Assembly: GCA_040774885.1 (NCBI GenBank)
Contig: JAXGTO010000002.1
Location: 39,328-103,327 of the forward strand
Source of the DNA: Eggerthellaceae bacterium
GTDB taxonomy: Bacteria; Actinomycetota; Coriobacteriia; Coriobacteriales; Eggerthellaceae
Reading direction: 5' to 3'
DNA: 64,000 bases
Shown here: positions 46,019 through 62,786 of the stretch, one piece after another
How positions within the stretch are numbered: position 1 is the first letter of the stretch
Layout of the letters: every line of letters starts with the position of its first letter
Position numbers and translations under genes: made by a program
Notes under the pieces: generated by a model
Told to the model about the DNA's origin: nothing
Seen by the model: the letters and a program-made list of their open reading frames with translations, nothing else
Databases searched by the model: none

Positions 46019-47611
46019 TCATCGCTTCTCGGAACGCCAGCTCCACTGGGACACCGTATCGAGCAAGGGCCAACCGGATCCATGAGGATGCACTTTCTGA
46101 CGCCCCACCTCGAGATCGGAAAGTTTGAAGTACAGATGGTCCACGTTGGCAAGCCAAGCCCAAACCGCATCCCCTTGGGGAGCGGGGCCGGAAGACCCAT
46201 CCCACTGAGCGGCCTTCCATTCGGGCAGGGCATCATCAAGGGTGGCTGCTTCGGATGCGGCCATCAAATGGGCGTCGACGGTCTGATTGGAATAGCCTGA
46301 ATAGTTGAACCGGCCGTCAGTATGGTAGATCTCGATCAATTCGTCAGGGGATACCGACCCCAACCGGAGCAAAGCCGCATCGGAAAAAGAGGCTTCTTCG
46401 ATATCTTCCACAGCCATAGGGCGCGGGTCGATTTCGAAGCCGGCCGCCTTCAGCTGATCTGCTAAAGCGCTTACCACCTCTTTGCTCAATTTGCTCTTCG
46501 TGTCATAGCAGATATCGAACGCAGCGCGGGATGCCCCCTTTGAAAAGATGCCGTCCGAAGCGAGCGTCCAACCCGCTTGCAGCATCAGGTTCTTGGCTCC
46601 TTCCACATCAGTGGTTATTTTGGCATCGGTAGAAGCCCAAGGAAGCCCGGCGCCCACGGTGTACGCCTCATCGGCATACCCTGCAAGCGATCCGCTGATG
46701 AGCTTCTTGCGATCGATGGCCATGTTGAGAGCACGGCGCACCGCCACATCGGCGGTCACGGCTGTTTCCATCAAGGGGAACGACACACCCCATGAATCGA
46801 CGGTCTTGCAATCGAGAAGCGAATACGCGTCAATGGATTGGCTGGAAAGCCGCGCCGAAGTCCAGGCGATATCGACTTCGCCGTTGTAGCAGGCACCGCA
46901 GGAGGCGTCTTCATCGAGAAATTTGATCTCGACCGTATCGATGTTGGGGGCAGAACCGTAATAGCGAGTATTCGCCTTGAGCACCACACGCTGCCCGCGC
47001 TCCCATGAATCGAGTTGATACGGACCGGATCCTACCGGCTTGGTACCATACGATAATTCCTCGTAGCTGTCGCTGGGAACGATGCCTACCACTGCCAGCG
47101 AATAGAGCAGCGTGTTGCTGGCCCGCAGCAGATGGATGATGACCTTCTGGGTCCCATCGGTGTCAACGTAGTCTATGGCGGAAAGATCGATGGTGTCGGT
47201 GTCGTTGTCGCGCAACGTGTTGAGCGTGAAAGCCACATCGTCGGCGGTCAACGGCTGACCGTTGGAAAACAGGATATCGTCGCGCACCTCGAACGTCCAG
47301 GTGAGTTCCTCTTCGTCATATTCGTAAGAAGTTGCCGCATCGGCCACGATGTTCAAATCGGCATCTACGGTAACCAGGGTAGACTGGATGAGGGGGTTGT
47401 GCGTGTCGCGCCCGCAGCCCCAGCCGAACAACGGGTCGAAACCATGCGATGGCTCGCTGGAAGGGTCGAACGCCACCACCACCGTATTGGAATCCGTCGC
47501 ATCCTGATCGGTTTGGCCAGGCGGCGCGCACCCCACAAGGCCGGAAACGCCGAAAGAAGCAGCCGCAAGGGCTGAAAAAGAACAGAATCGGCGACGCGAA
47601 ATGGCGAGCAT
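46019..47611 (-). CDS. ABC transporter substrate-binding protein, family 5 (peptide/nickel type), Tat signal plus lipobox
   Basis: SRRRFCSFSALAAASFGVSGLVGC followed by an SBP_bac_5-like body. No permease or ATPase gene is adjacent. Confidence 0.85.
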   Translation of the reverse strand: MLAISRRRFCSFSALAAASFGVSGLVGCAPPGQTDQDATDSNTVVVAFDPSSEPSHGFDPLFGWGCGRDTHNPLIQSTLVTVDADLNIVADAATSYEYDEEELTWTFEVRDDILFSNGQPLTADDVAFTLNTLRDNDTDTIDLSAIDYVDTDGTQKVIIHLLRASNTLLYSLAVVGIVPSDSYEELSYGTKPVGSGPYQLDSWERGQRVVLKANTRYYGSAPNIDTVEIKFLDEDASCGACYNGEVDIAWTSARLSSQSIDAYSLLDCKTVDSWGVSFPLMETAVTADVAVRRALNMAIDRKKLISGSLAGYADEAYTVGAGLPWASTDAKITTDVEGAKNLMLQAGWTLASDGIFSKGASRAAFDICYDTKSKLSKEVVSALADQLKAAGFEIDPRPMAVEDIEEASFSDAALLRLGSVSPDELIEIYHTDGRFNYSGYSNQTVDAHLMAASEAATLDDALPEWKAAQWDGSSGPAPQGDAVWAWLANVDHLYFKLSDLEVGRQKVHPHGSGWPLLDTVSQWSWRSEKR

Positions 47612-47728
47612 GGGAACAAAACCTTCCAACGCAATCGGTTATCGATACGCAGAATAGCGCATCATCGTGCATGCAAAGAACTCTCCACAGCGCGCACATG
47701 CAGGATACGCCCGACGCAGCACCCCTCC

Positions 47729-47762
47729 GAAAACGGACGATTCACAAAATGGAATCGTCCGT
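47729..47762 (-). terminator. Intrinsic terminator downstream of the histidine kinase
   Basis: On the minus strand: ACGGACGATTC-CATTTTGT-GAATCGTCCGT followed by TTTTC. Confidence 0.55.
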
Positions 47763-47932
47763 GAAACCAACCTGCAACGTGGCAGAGGTAGCGTTGGGAC
47801 AGCAACCAATCGACAGCAGGGAAGCGATGTCATCATGGGAAACAGGGACTTTGAAAAAGCGGTGCTGTTCAGCGTCGTGACCTCGAGCGTCATCGGCGTG
47901 GCGCTGAGCGCCTGCGCCGCCTTGGTACTGGG

Positions 47933-50530
47933 CTAGCGGGCGCTTTCACCAGCACGGGACACCAGACCATCGAGCGCGCCATAGAGCACTTCGGCTTTGA
48001 TGGGTTTGGCGCAATAAGCATCCATGCCGGCATCGAGAGCCTGCTGGACGTCTTCGTCGAACGTATTGGCCGTTATGGCCACCAACGGCACCGAATCGGC
48101 GCCGGCGATGCCCGATGCACGCAACCTCTGTGCAAATTCGAGCCCGCCCATGACCGGCATCTTGAGGTCGACCAGGATGGCATCGAATTCCACCTTATGG
48201 GCTGCCTCGATCATATCGAGGGCGCACCGGCCGTTTTCCGCGGCCGTCACCGTGCAGCCGACCCGCTCAAGCAAAGTGGTGCATACCACCACGTTGATAT
48301 TGTTGTCTTCCACCACCAGAACTCGCACTCCCTCAAGATGCACGTTTTGGCCATCGGAAGGGATTTCCAACTGCTCTGCTTTGGCCAAGGGGATGGTGAC
48401 CGCGAAAGTCGAGCCCTTCCCCACTGCCGTCTGAAGGTCTATGGTGCCATCCATGCGGGACACCAAATGCTCGGTGATGGCCAAACCGATGCCCGCACCA
48501 TCCACTCCCTCGATTTCACTGCGGCTTTCACGTAGAAATGGCATGAAAGCGCGTTTGGCGAATTCCGGCTCCATGCCGATGCCCGTATCGCGCACGGTCA
48601 AAATCGCATCTATGCAAGCGCCTTTGTCTTGCGCTTCGAGGGCGACATCGACTGTACCGCCGACGGGGGTGTACTTTATGGCGTTGGATACAAGATTCAA
48701 CATGATCTGCCGCAAACGCGTCGGGTCGGCAAGGACCGCGACGGGCGAAGCCTCCGCAGTGCGATACGTCAGGTCGATGGATCGCTCCAAGGCTGCTTGC
48801 GCCATGATTTCCTGGGAATTCGAAAACAAGGCCACCAAATCGATGGACACGGGACGAATGACCAAACCCTCTTTTTGGATGAGAGACATATCCAGGGTGT
48901 CGTTGACCAGACTCTGCAGATACGCTCCCGATTCCTCGATTCCCTTGAGATACGATCGCGTCGTCTCATCCATCTCATTGCTATCGTATGCCAAGGCCGA
49001 AAGATTGATGATGGCGTTGAGCGGCGTGCGCAAATCATGGCTCATCTGCGAAAGGAATTGGTTTTTAACCTGATCGGAACGGCGCGCGGCATCGAGCGCG
49101 GATTCCAATTCGCGATTATGGCTCTCAGCAGCACGCACTGCCGTAGTGTCGTCGGTACGCGCACCGAAAATAAGGTCATGGGAATCGTCGAGATAGCGAA
49201 ACGTGCTCTTGTTGAAGCGAATCTCACCAGAATCGGTGATGCGACGCCACGGAATCTTGCAGAAGCCCTGATCATCCAAAACCGCACAGATGGATTCGAG
49301 CTTGACGCTGCGCCGGAGCTCATCTCTGTCTTCGGGATGAACCCCTGACCGCTCCATGACGTGGATATGGTCGTCCCAGCTGCTGGCATGGGTGATATCA
49401 GGCAACAATCCCGTGGTTTCCGATGGGTCGAAATACGTGCAAGAACGATGTTTGATATCGATGATGACAATGCTCTTGAAGGCGGTTTGCACCACATGGC
49501 TCACCACTTCTTCGAGCAACATGCGTTCGCTGATATCGTTGCCGAAGCACCAACCTTCCACATCGCCGGTGATCGGGTCGGTATTGAGCCGAATGGTGAC
49601 CTCGACCCACCGAAAACGCTCCATTTGTGGGGCGCCGCGACCGCGGAACGAGAATACGGAGGTTCCCTCGGTTTCGTATGCATGGAGCATGGCCTTGCGG
49701 TTGAACAGCTTGGTCTGCTCGATGAAAGCATCATCGTGAACGTACATTCCAAGTACATCGCGAAGATGCTCGTCCATCGTATGCTCCGAGAGCATGATGG
49801 CCAAAAGCTGCGGATCGACGCTGGTCTGATCGGTGATGGTATTGCGCGTGAGGTTCAACTTGGAAGCCGCAAGCGCTTGCTGGGCCATGAGCATGCGGTT
49901 GTGTTCACGCCGTTCATTTTGCTGTGCGGCCTGGCGCCGTGCACGCGCGACGGCCAGCTTGACGAAAACCACCGAACCGACGGTCAGCAACGTTTCGTGG
50001 TCGTCCGCATTCGCCATCGGATTGTCCACGCCGAAAAACCCCACCAGGTCGCCGCCATCGAACGCCGGCGCTACCAGCAAGCTGTCGATATCCTGTTCTT
50101 CCAGCATATGCCGTTCGGTGGCACGATCGGACGGCAGATCCGATACCTTCGGAATGAAAACGAACCCACGCGTGGTGAATGCGTCGAGCCAAGCTGAGAG
50201 AAGCGCAAGGGGTTGGCGCTGGAGTTTTGCGATTTGCGGCGTGACGCCGGCAGCGCATTTTTCGTAATCATTGCGGCATAATTCGCCTTCGATGCAAAAA
50301 GAATACACGCGAGATGCAGCATAGTAGTTCAAAAGAGAGGTGAGCACGTCTTCGATGGCGTCTTCAAGATCATCGTTGCGCATCAGCTCGGACAGGCATC
50401 GATTGGCGTATTCGAGCCGCTTCAAGCGCTTCGAATCGATACAGGATTCTTCCGATTCCCGATCCGCCATGCCCTTCGCCTCCGTACGGAACCTGGCCCA
50501 CTGTGCTGCAAACGCATATCTTTGTGCCAT
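47933..50530 (-). CDS. Soluble hybrid sensor histidine kinase / response regulator (GAF, PAS, HisKA, HATPase, REC)
   Basis: H-box FLSQMSHDLRTPLNAI, N/G boxes (NLVSNAIKYT, DTGIGM) and a C-terminal receiver domain (VLVVEDNNIN...LVDLKMP). No TM segment is visible. Confidence 0.9.
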   Translation of the reverse strand: MAQRYAFAAQWARFRTEAKGMADRESEESCIDSKRLKRLEYANRCLSELMRNDDLEDAIEDVLTSLLNYYAASRVYSFCIEGELCRNDYEKCAAGVTPQIAKLQRQPLALLSAWLDAFTTRGFVFIPKVSDLPSDRATERHMLEEQDIDSLLVAPAFDGGDLVGFFGVDNPMANADDHETLLTVGSVVFVKLAVARARRQAAQQNERREHNRMLMAQQALAASKLNLTRNTITDQTSVDPQLLAIMLSEHTMDEHLRDVLGMYVHDDAFIEQTKLFNRKAMLHAYETEGTSVFSFRGRGAPQMERFRWVEVTIRLNTDPITGDVEGWCFGNDISERMLLEEVVSHVVQTAFKSIVIIDIKHRSCTYFDPSETTGLLPDITHASSWDDHIHVMERSGVHPEDRDELRRSVKLESICAVLDDQGFCKIPWRRITDSGEIRFNKSTFRYLDDSHDLIFGARTDDTTAVRAAESHNRELESALDAARRSDQVKNQFLSQMSHDLRTPLNAIINLSALAYDSNEMDETTRSYLKGIEESGAYLQSLVNDTLDMSLIQKEGLVIRPVSIDLVALFSNSQEIMAQAALERSIDLTYRTAEASPVAVLADPTRLRQIMLNLVSNAIKYTPVGGTVDVALEAQDKGACIDAILTVRDTGIGMEPEFAKRAFMPFLRESRSEIEGVDGAGIGLAITEHLVSRMDGTIDLQTAVGKGSTFAVTIPLAKAEQLEIPSDGQNVHLEGVRVLVVEDNNINVVVCTTLLERVGCTVTAAENGRCALDMIEAAHKVEFDAILVDLKMPVMGGLEFAQRLRASGIAGADSVPLVAITANTFDEDVQQALDAGMDAYCAKPIKAEVLYGALDGLVSRAGESAR

Positions 50531-50581
50531 TATCGCATAGCGCCCCTGCCCAAGCGAGCATATTTCCCAGCCGTCACAGTG

Positions 50582-50614
50582 AAAAGGCCCCGACGCTCCA
50601 AGAGCATCGGGGCC
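50582..50614 (-). terminator. Intrinsic terminator after glmM
   Basis: On the minus strand: GGCCCCGATGCTCTTGGAGCGTCGGGGCC followed by TTTTC. Confidence 0.6.
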
Positions 50615-50640
50615 GCATAAGCACCATCAAGCAGAACCGA

Positions 50641-51978
50641 TCAGGCCAGCTCTCGTTCGACCACTTCTGCGATGTTTTTGCAATGCCTAAGGGCATCGGC
50701 ATCATCGGCCGCTTCGACCATGACGCGGACAAGCGGCTCGGTCCCGCTGGTCCGCACCAATACCCGGCCGGAATCGCCCAGCTCGGCGGTAGCGGCTTCG
50801 ATGGCATGGGTAATCTCGGGATTGGAGCCCCATGCATCCTTGTCCTTGACGCGGACGTTGATGAGTTCCTGCGGGAAGCGGGTCATCACCTGCGCCGCTT
50901 CACTGGCGCAGCATCCCTTCCTTTCGCATGCTGCCAAGAATTGGCAGGCGGTTACCAAGCCGTCACCAGTGGAATTATGTTTCAAGAAGATGGTGTGCCC
51001 GCTTTGCTCTCCACCGATCATGAAACCGCCTTCGCGCATGGCCTCGAGCACATGGCGATCGCCCACGGGAGTCTGCAGCACTTCGATGCCATGGTCGCGC
51101 ATGGCATGCACCAGGCCGAGATTGCACATGATGGTCGACACCACGGTGTCGCCGACAAGTTCGCCGCGTTGTTTCATGTCGAGAGCGCACACCGCTTCGA
51201 CCATATCGCCGTCTATTTCGGAGCCATCGGCAGCCACGAACAAAACGCGATCGGCATCGCCGTCATGCGCAATGCCCAGCTGGGCGCCCGTTTCGGCCAC
51301 CAGCTGCTTGAGCGGGCCCAAATGGGTCGAACCGCACTCGACGTTGATGTCGGTACCGTCGAAATCCTCATTGATGGCAACGACTTCAGCTCCCAAGCGA
51401 CGCAGCGCCTTGGCCGTGGTCAGGCTCGAAGCCCCGTGTCCGGTATCCAGCGCGATCTTCCACTTGGAAAAATCGATTCCCTGGTCCGTGATGCAGCGCA
51501 CCGCATGATCGATGTAAAGCTCGACTCCTTCTTCCACCGGAATGACCGTTCCCACCTCATCGCCGGCGGGCTTCTGATCTCCATGGAGGCCGCCTGCCGC
51601 AACGAAACTCTCGATTTCCTCTTCGAGGGCTACGGGAAGTTTGAATCCTTGGGCATCGAAGAACTTGATACCGTTGTATTCGGGCGGATTGTGGGATGCG
51701 GAAATGACTGCTCCCCCATCGGCATGCAGCTCGCGCGTGAGCAGCGCAACCGCCGGCGTGGGGATGATGCCCAAACCGAGAGCCGTTCCACCCGCGCTCA
51801 TGATGCCTGCTTCAAGCGCGGCTTCCAGCATATCGCCCGAAAGACGGGTATCTTTGCCCACCACGATGGTCTTGCCCATGAAATGGACTGCCGCCTGGCC
51901 GAGATGATAGGCGACTTCGCAGGTGAGCGCGGTATTGGCAACCCCACGGGCACCGTCTGTTCCAAAGAGTTTCGCCAT
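50641..51978 (-). CDS. glmM: Phosphoglucosamine mutase
   Basis: MAKLFGTDGARG, the active-site SASHNPPEYNG and GDGDADR. Confidence 0.96.
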   Translation of the reverse strand: MAKLFGTDGARGVANTALTCEVAYHLGQAAVHFMGKTIVVGKDTRLSGDMLEAALEAGIMSAGGTALGLGIIPTPAVALLTRELHADGGAVISASHNPPEYNGIKFFDAQGFKLPVALEEEIESFVAAGGLHGDQKPAGDEVGTVIPVEEGVELYIDHAVRCITDQGIDFSKWKIALDTGHGASSLTTAKALRRLGAEVVAINEDFDGTDINVECGSTHLGPLKQLVAETGAQLGIAHDGDADRVLFVAADGSEIDGDMVEAVCALDMKQRGELVGDTVVSTIMCNLGLVHAMRDHGIEVLQTPVGDRHVLEAMREGGFMIGGEQSGHTIFLKHNSTGDGLVTACQFLAACERKGCCASEAAQVMTRFPQELINVRVKDKDAWGSNPEITHAIEAATAELGDSGRVLVRTSGTEPLVRVMVEAADDADALRHCKNIAEVVERELA

Positions 51979-51980
51979 GG

Positions 51981-52391
51981 CTATTTACCCCTTTTGATAT
52001 GGTCGGCATGGAGCATGACGGCGCCGCTGGGACGTTCGTCATCACGCATGCGCGCATTGAGCTCTGCCGCAAATTCATCCAAGGAAATGTCGAAGCGCTC
52101 AAGCACCACCAAAAGGTGGTACACCACGTCGGCGGCCTCATAGCGCAGATGGTCGCGGTCCGCATCGTTGTTTCCGTGATCGACGTCTTTAGCGGCCAGG
52201 GCAACCTCTCCTGCCTCTTCCATCACCTTTTTGACCGGCTCATCGACGCTGCCGGAGAGCAGTCGATGGGTGTAGCTTTCGTCGGTGGCTGTTCGACGGT
52301 CGTGAATCGTTGCCGCCAAAGCTTCCAACGTAGCTCCGATTTGAGATGCGGGTTGTTCTTCCCCCTGGGGGATGAAGGTCTTATCGCTCAT
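51981..52391 (-). CDS. hisE: Phosphoribosyl-ATP pyrophosphatase (MazG-like)
   Basis: SYTHRLL...KKVMEEAGEVALAAK...LRYEAADVVYHLLVVL pattern. The start is at MSDKTF, because the longer ORF contains the rpoC hairpin. Confidence 0.85.
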   Translation of the reverse strand: MSDKTFIPQGEEQPASQIGATLEALAATIHDRRTATDESYTHRLLSGSVDEPVKKVMEEAGEVALAAKDVDHGNNDADRDHLRYEAADVVYHLLVVLERFDISLDEFAAELNARMRDDERPSGAVMLHADHIKRGK

Positions 52392-52409
52392 CGTTTCTCC
52401 CCGAAGACG

Positions 52410-52435
52410 AAGGAGGCGCATGAAAGCGCCTCCTT
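52410..52435 (-). terminator. Strong hairpin 3' of rpoC (no clear U-tract; possible attenuator or processing site)
   Basis: AAGGAGGCGC-6 nt-GCGCCTCCTT: a perfect 10-bp stem between the rpoC stop and the hisE start. Confidence 0.4.
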
Positions 52436-52444
52436 TATCGACTG

Positions 52445-60411
<7,967 letters not shown>

Positions 60412-60466
60412 GGGGCATTTCCTCCTTCAAGAAAATCCGGAAAACTGCGAAAAGTCGCAAGTTCTT

Positions 60467-60495
60467 AAAATACGCGCGGAATATTCCCGAGTCAA
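60467..60495 (-). promoter_or_regulatory. Sigma-70-like promoter for rpoBC (TTGACT-17-TATTTT)
   Basis: On the minus strand the sequence reads TTGACTcgggaatattccgcgcgTATTTT, about 55 nt upstream of the rpoB GTG. Confidence 0.55.
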
Positions 60496-60551
60496 GGAAA
60501 ATTTTTACCAATTATGCAATTCGTATGTTTATCTGGGGAAACAGATGGAGC

Positions 60552-60790
60552 TCTGCAACCCTCGCGCAACAACAAGATTGGCGTTCGTCACGATTTCGGC
60601 CTTTAACGCAGCGAATTCGGGATAGTGTGGCGATTTGACCGACTTTCGAAGCCGGAAGCATCGACACCGCGAGCATCGTCCCAGTTCACGCAGCGACCAG
60701 AAAGACAGCTTTCTTGTTCCGAGCCACATTATCCCAGATTCGATGCGAAAACCGCCGTTTAAATGACAAATGGCTCGGATTTGAGATCGT
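60552..60790 (+). repeat. Imperfect-palindrome intergenic element, copy E2 of 4
   Basis: Left arm CGCAGCGAATTCGGGATAGTGTGGC (60607-60631) versus right arm GCCACATTATCCCAGATTCGATGCG (60723-60747) pairs at 21/25. TCCCAGTTCA is at 60679-60688. The left flank TTCGTCACGATTTCGGCCT is identical to E3. Confidence 0.8.
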
Positions 60791-61149
60791 TGAGCTGGAT
60801 TCAAGGCAAAAGGGTCAGACCTGGGAAGGAATCGGTCGAGAGTGCCAAACGACAACGGATAAGCCTCTCCAACCAAACCAGTCTTCACGGCATCCAACGG
60901 CCAATCTTCATCGAGGAAATCAGATGCCTATCGGCACCGAGCTGCAGCCCGATACCGGCATCTCATCACTCCAATCGAATTTCCTGCAGCGTTACCCTGC
61001 CGACATCGTCCGCAGCACCATCGTTCACAACCTCCATTGCAAAATGAGCAAGCCGTGAACGGACGCTGCAAGATTACGGCAAGAATCCCGAAAACGTAAT
61101 GCAAGACAATTGCAAAACGAGTGAATGCCCTACGCCGTACCATCATCGC

Positions 61150-62112
61150 ATGATTGCACTCAGCCATATATCCGCCGTCGAATTCTGGCGCTCGCCTACA
61201 GCAAAGACGCTCGAGGGTCAACGAATGCGCCCCTCAAAGGCTGCATGGGGAGACCCTCCCAGCACAAGAGCGCTTGCCGGCATAACGGCTGCTTGGCCGA
61301 ATGGCATCAACCGCCCGTTCAACATTATCGTTAACGATGCTTCATCTCGCAGGGATACCGCATGCGCAATAACGCACCTATGGTCGCTGCCAATTCCTAA
61401 CGGCTCGTTAATTGCTCAGGACGGTTATCTCGTTTCGTCGCCGGAATTCACGTTTGTTCAGATGGGAAACATCTTTTCACTTCCGCAGCTTATTGCGCTG
61501 GGTATGGAATTTGCGGGTGGATACCGACTGCGACCGCAAACCGAAGAGGGATTCGAAAAACGGCAACCGCTAACGACTGCAACGAAACTGCGTGCTTTCG
61601 TCGATTCCACTCGCGGCTCGCATGGCCGCACAAAGGCGCTTCGCGCCTGTGCCTATCTTATGGAGGGGTCCGCTTCACCCAGAGAAACGGCTCTCGCTCT
61701 ATTCTTGACATTGCCCTATCTGCTCGGAGGCTACGGAATCGCCCGTCCACAACTCAATTCGAGAGTGAGGATGCCCACCCGCGCAGTCTGGAAACCAGAT
61801 AGAAATTACCGGTCATGTGATTTGACTTGGCCGGAATTCAACTTTTCGCTGGAATACGACAGTAACCGTTGGCATACCGGATCCGAGCGAATCAGCCGTG
61901 ATGCAAAACGCCAAGGAGAGCTTGGGCTTACGGGCATGGAAGTTATTCCGGTTTCAAACCAGCAAATCATGAATGCAACGGATATGGAAAAGATCGCTCT
62001 TCTTGCGGCGAAAAAGACCGGAAAGAGAATTCCGAAATCGGCTCTAGGCCCAACCCAAGCACGAGTCTATCTACGACGCGAGATATTCAAAATCGGACAT
62101 ACGGATATCTAG
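61150..62112 (+). CDS. Hypothetical protein with C-terminal DUF559 / Vsr-like PD-(D/E)xK endonuclease-like region
   Basis: CDLTWPEFNFSLEYDSNRWH...RDAKRQ resembles the D...ExD...K core of DUF559 proteins. The start is uncertain (the ORF-track ATG is at 61099) and no clear RBS is visible. The gene looks lower in GC than its neighbours by eye. Confidence 0.55.
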   Translation: MIALSHISAVEFWRSPTAKTLEGQRMRPSKAAWGDPPSTRALAGITAAWPNGINRPFNIIVNDASSRRDTACAITHLWSLPIPNGSLIAQDGYLVSSPEFTFVQMGNIFSLPQLIALGMEFAGGYRLRPQTEEGFEKRQPLTTATKLRAFVDSTRGSHGRTKALRACAYLMEGSASPRETALALFLTLPYLLGGYGIARPQLNSRVRMPTRAVWKPDRNYRSCDLTWPEFNFSLEYDSNRWHTGSERISRDAKRQGELGLTGMEVIPVSNQQIMNATDMEKIALLAAKKTGKRIPKSALGPTQARVYLRREIFKIGHTDI

Positions 62113-62126
62113 GAACTATGCCGACA

Positions 62127-62345
62127 TTTGCAACCAGCAAACCCGACATTCGTCACGATTTCGGCCTATCATGCAGCGAATTCGCGATAGTGAAGTGATT
62201 CGGACAGCATTAGATACTGACGAGGCCAACGCAACATGCATCACCCCAGGTCATACGCTATCAGAAAAAAATACCCACTCATTTGGAGCCACAATATCCC
62301 GAATTCGATGCAGAAACAGGCGTTTCAATGGCAAATGGGGCGAAT
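62127..62345 (+). repeat. Imperfect-palindrome intergenic element, copy E3 of 4
   Basis: Left box GCGAATTCGCGATAGTGAAGT (62176-62196), central CCCCAGGTCA (62244-62253) and right box GCCACAATATCCCGAATTCG (62288-62307). The spacing of 66 and 123 nt is the same as in the other copies. Confidence 0.8.
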
Positions 62346-62490
62346 CGGATCTAGCGCGACTGGCCAGGGCGAATGGGGCGAATTGGAGCTAGCGCAACCG
62401 GCTGAAACGAACGAGGCGAATTGGAGCTAGCGCAACCGGCTGAAACGAACGAGGCGAATCGGAGCTAGCGCAACCGGCCGGGACGAACGG
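62339..62490. repeat. Tandem repeat, 38-bp unit x4 (GGCGAATTGGAGCTAGCGCAACCGGCTGAAACGAACGA)
   Basis: Units start at 62339, 62377, 62415 and 62453. The two middle units are identical and the outer ones are diverged. The unit length is not a multiple of 3, and there is a TAG in every unit. Confidence 0.9.
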
Positions 62491-62610
62491 TGCGATCGAA
62501 ACCGCCCGCCCAATGATGCAGAGGCACATATCGATGTTGAGGCGTTTAAGCACAACCGGTCACGATACGAGCGACGAGCGGCGGCACGGAAATCAGTTGG
62601 CAGCAGATTC

Positions 62611-62670
62611 ATCCCTATGTCGATTGAGAATCAACCAAAAATCCCTATGTCGATTGAGAATCAACCAAAA
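62611..62670. repeat. Perfect 30-bp tandem duplication (ATCCCTATGTCGATTGAGAATCAACCAAAA x2)
   Basis: 62611-62640 is identical to 62641-62670. Confidence 0.95.
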
Positions 62671-62755
62671 CAAGGAGGGCGAACCCGCATGAGGGAGAGA
62701 ACGGAATCGCACCTCTGGCTGCAATCCGATTCGGACCGCCCCACCATTTCAAGGC

Positions 62756-62776
62756 GGGAGCGCGAAAAGCGCCCCC
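62756..62776 (-). terminator. Hairpin 3' of gatB (weak terminator candidate)
   Basis: On the minus strand: GGGGGCGC-TTTT-CGCGCTCCC, about 10 nt after the gatB stop. The U-tract is poor. Confidence 0.4.
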
Positions 62777-62786
62777 GTCCAAACGG

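Noticed and set aside
47835-47936. A 33-aa plus-strand ORF (MGNRDFEKAVLFSVVTSSVIGVALSACAALVLG) overlapping the histidine kinase stop.
   Set aside because: It has only a weak, distant AGGGAAG. It lies inside the likely 3' UTR of the kinase on the opposite strand, upstream of that gene's terminator. Nothing else supports it.
60552-62345. The palindromic elements as integron attC sites flanking a gene cassette.
   Set aside because: The repeat-gene-repeat layout and structure-over-sequence conservation are reminiscent of attC. However, I could not find the R''/R' core sites (RYYYAAC / GTTRRRY) at the arm ends. No intI-like integrase is in the window, and the other two copies are not next to cassettes. 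I kept this only as a remote possibility.
62339-62490. The 38-bp repeats as a CRISPR array.
   Set aside because: The units are directly head-to-tail with no spacers, there are only four copies, and no cas genes are in the window. This is a tandem minisatellite, not a CRISPR array.
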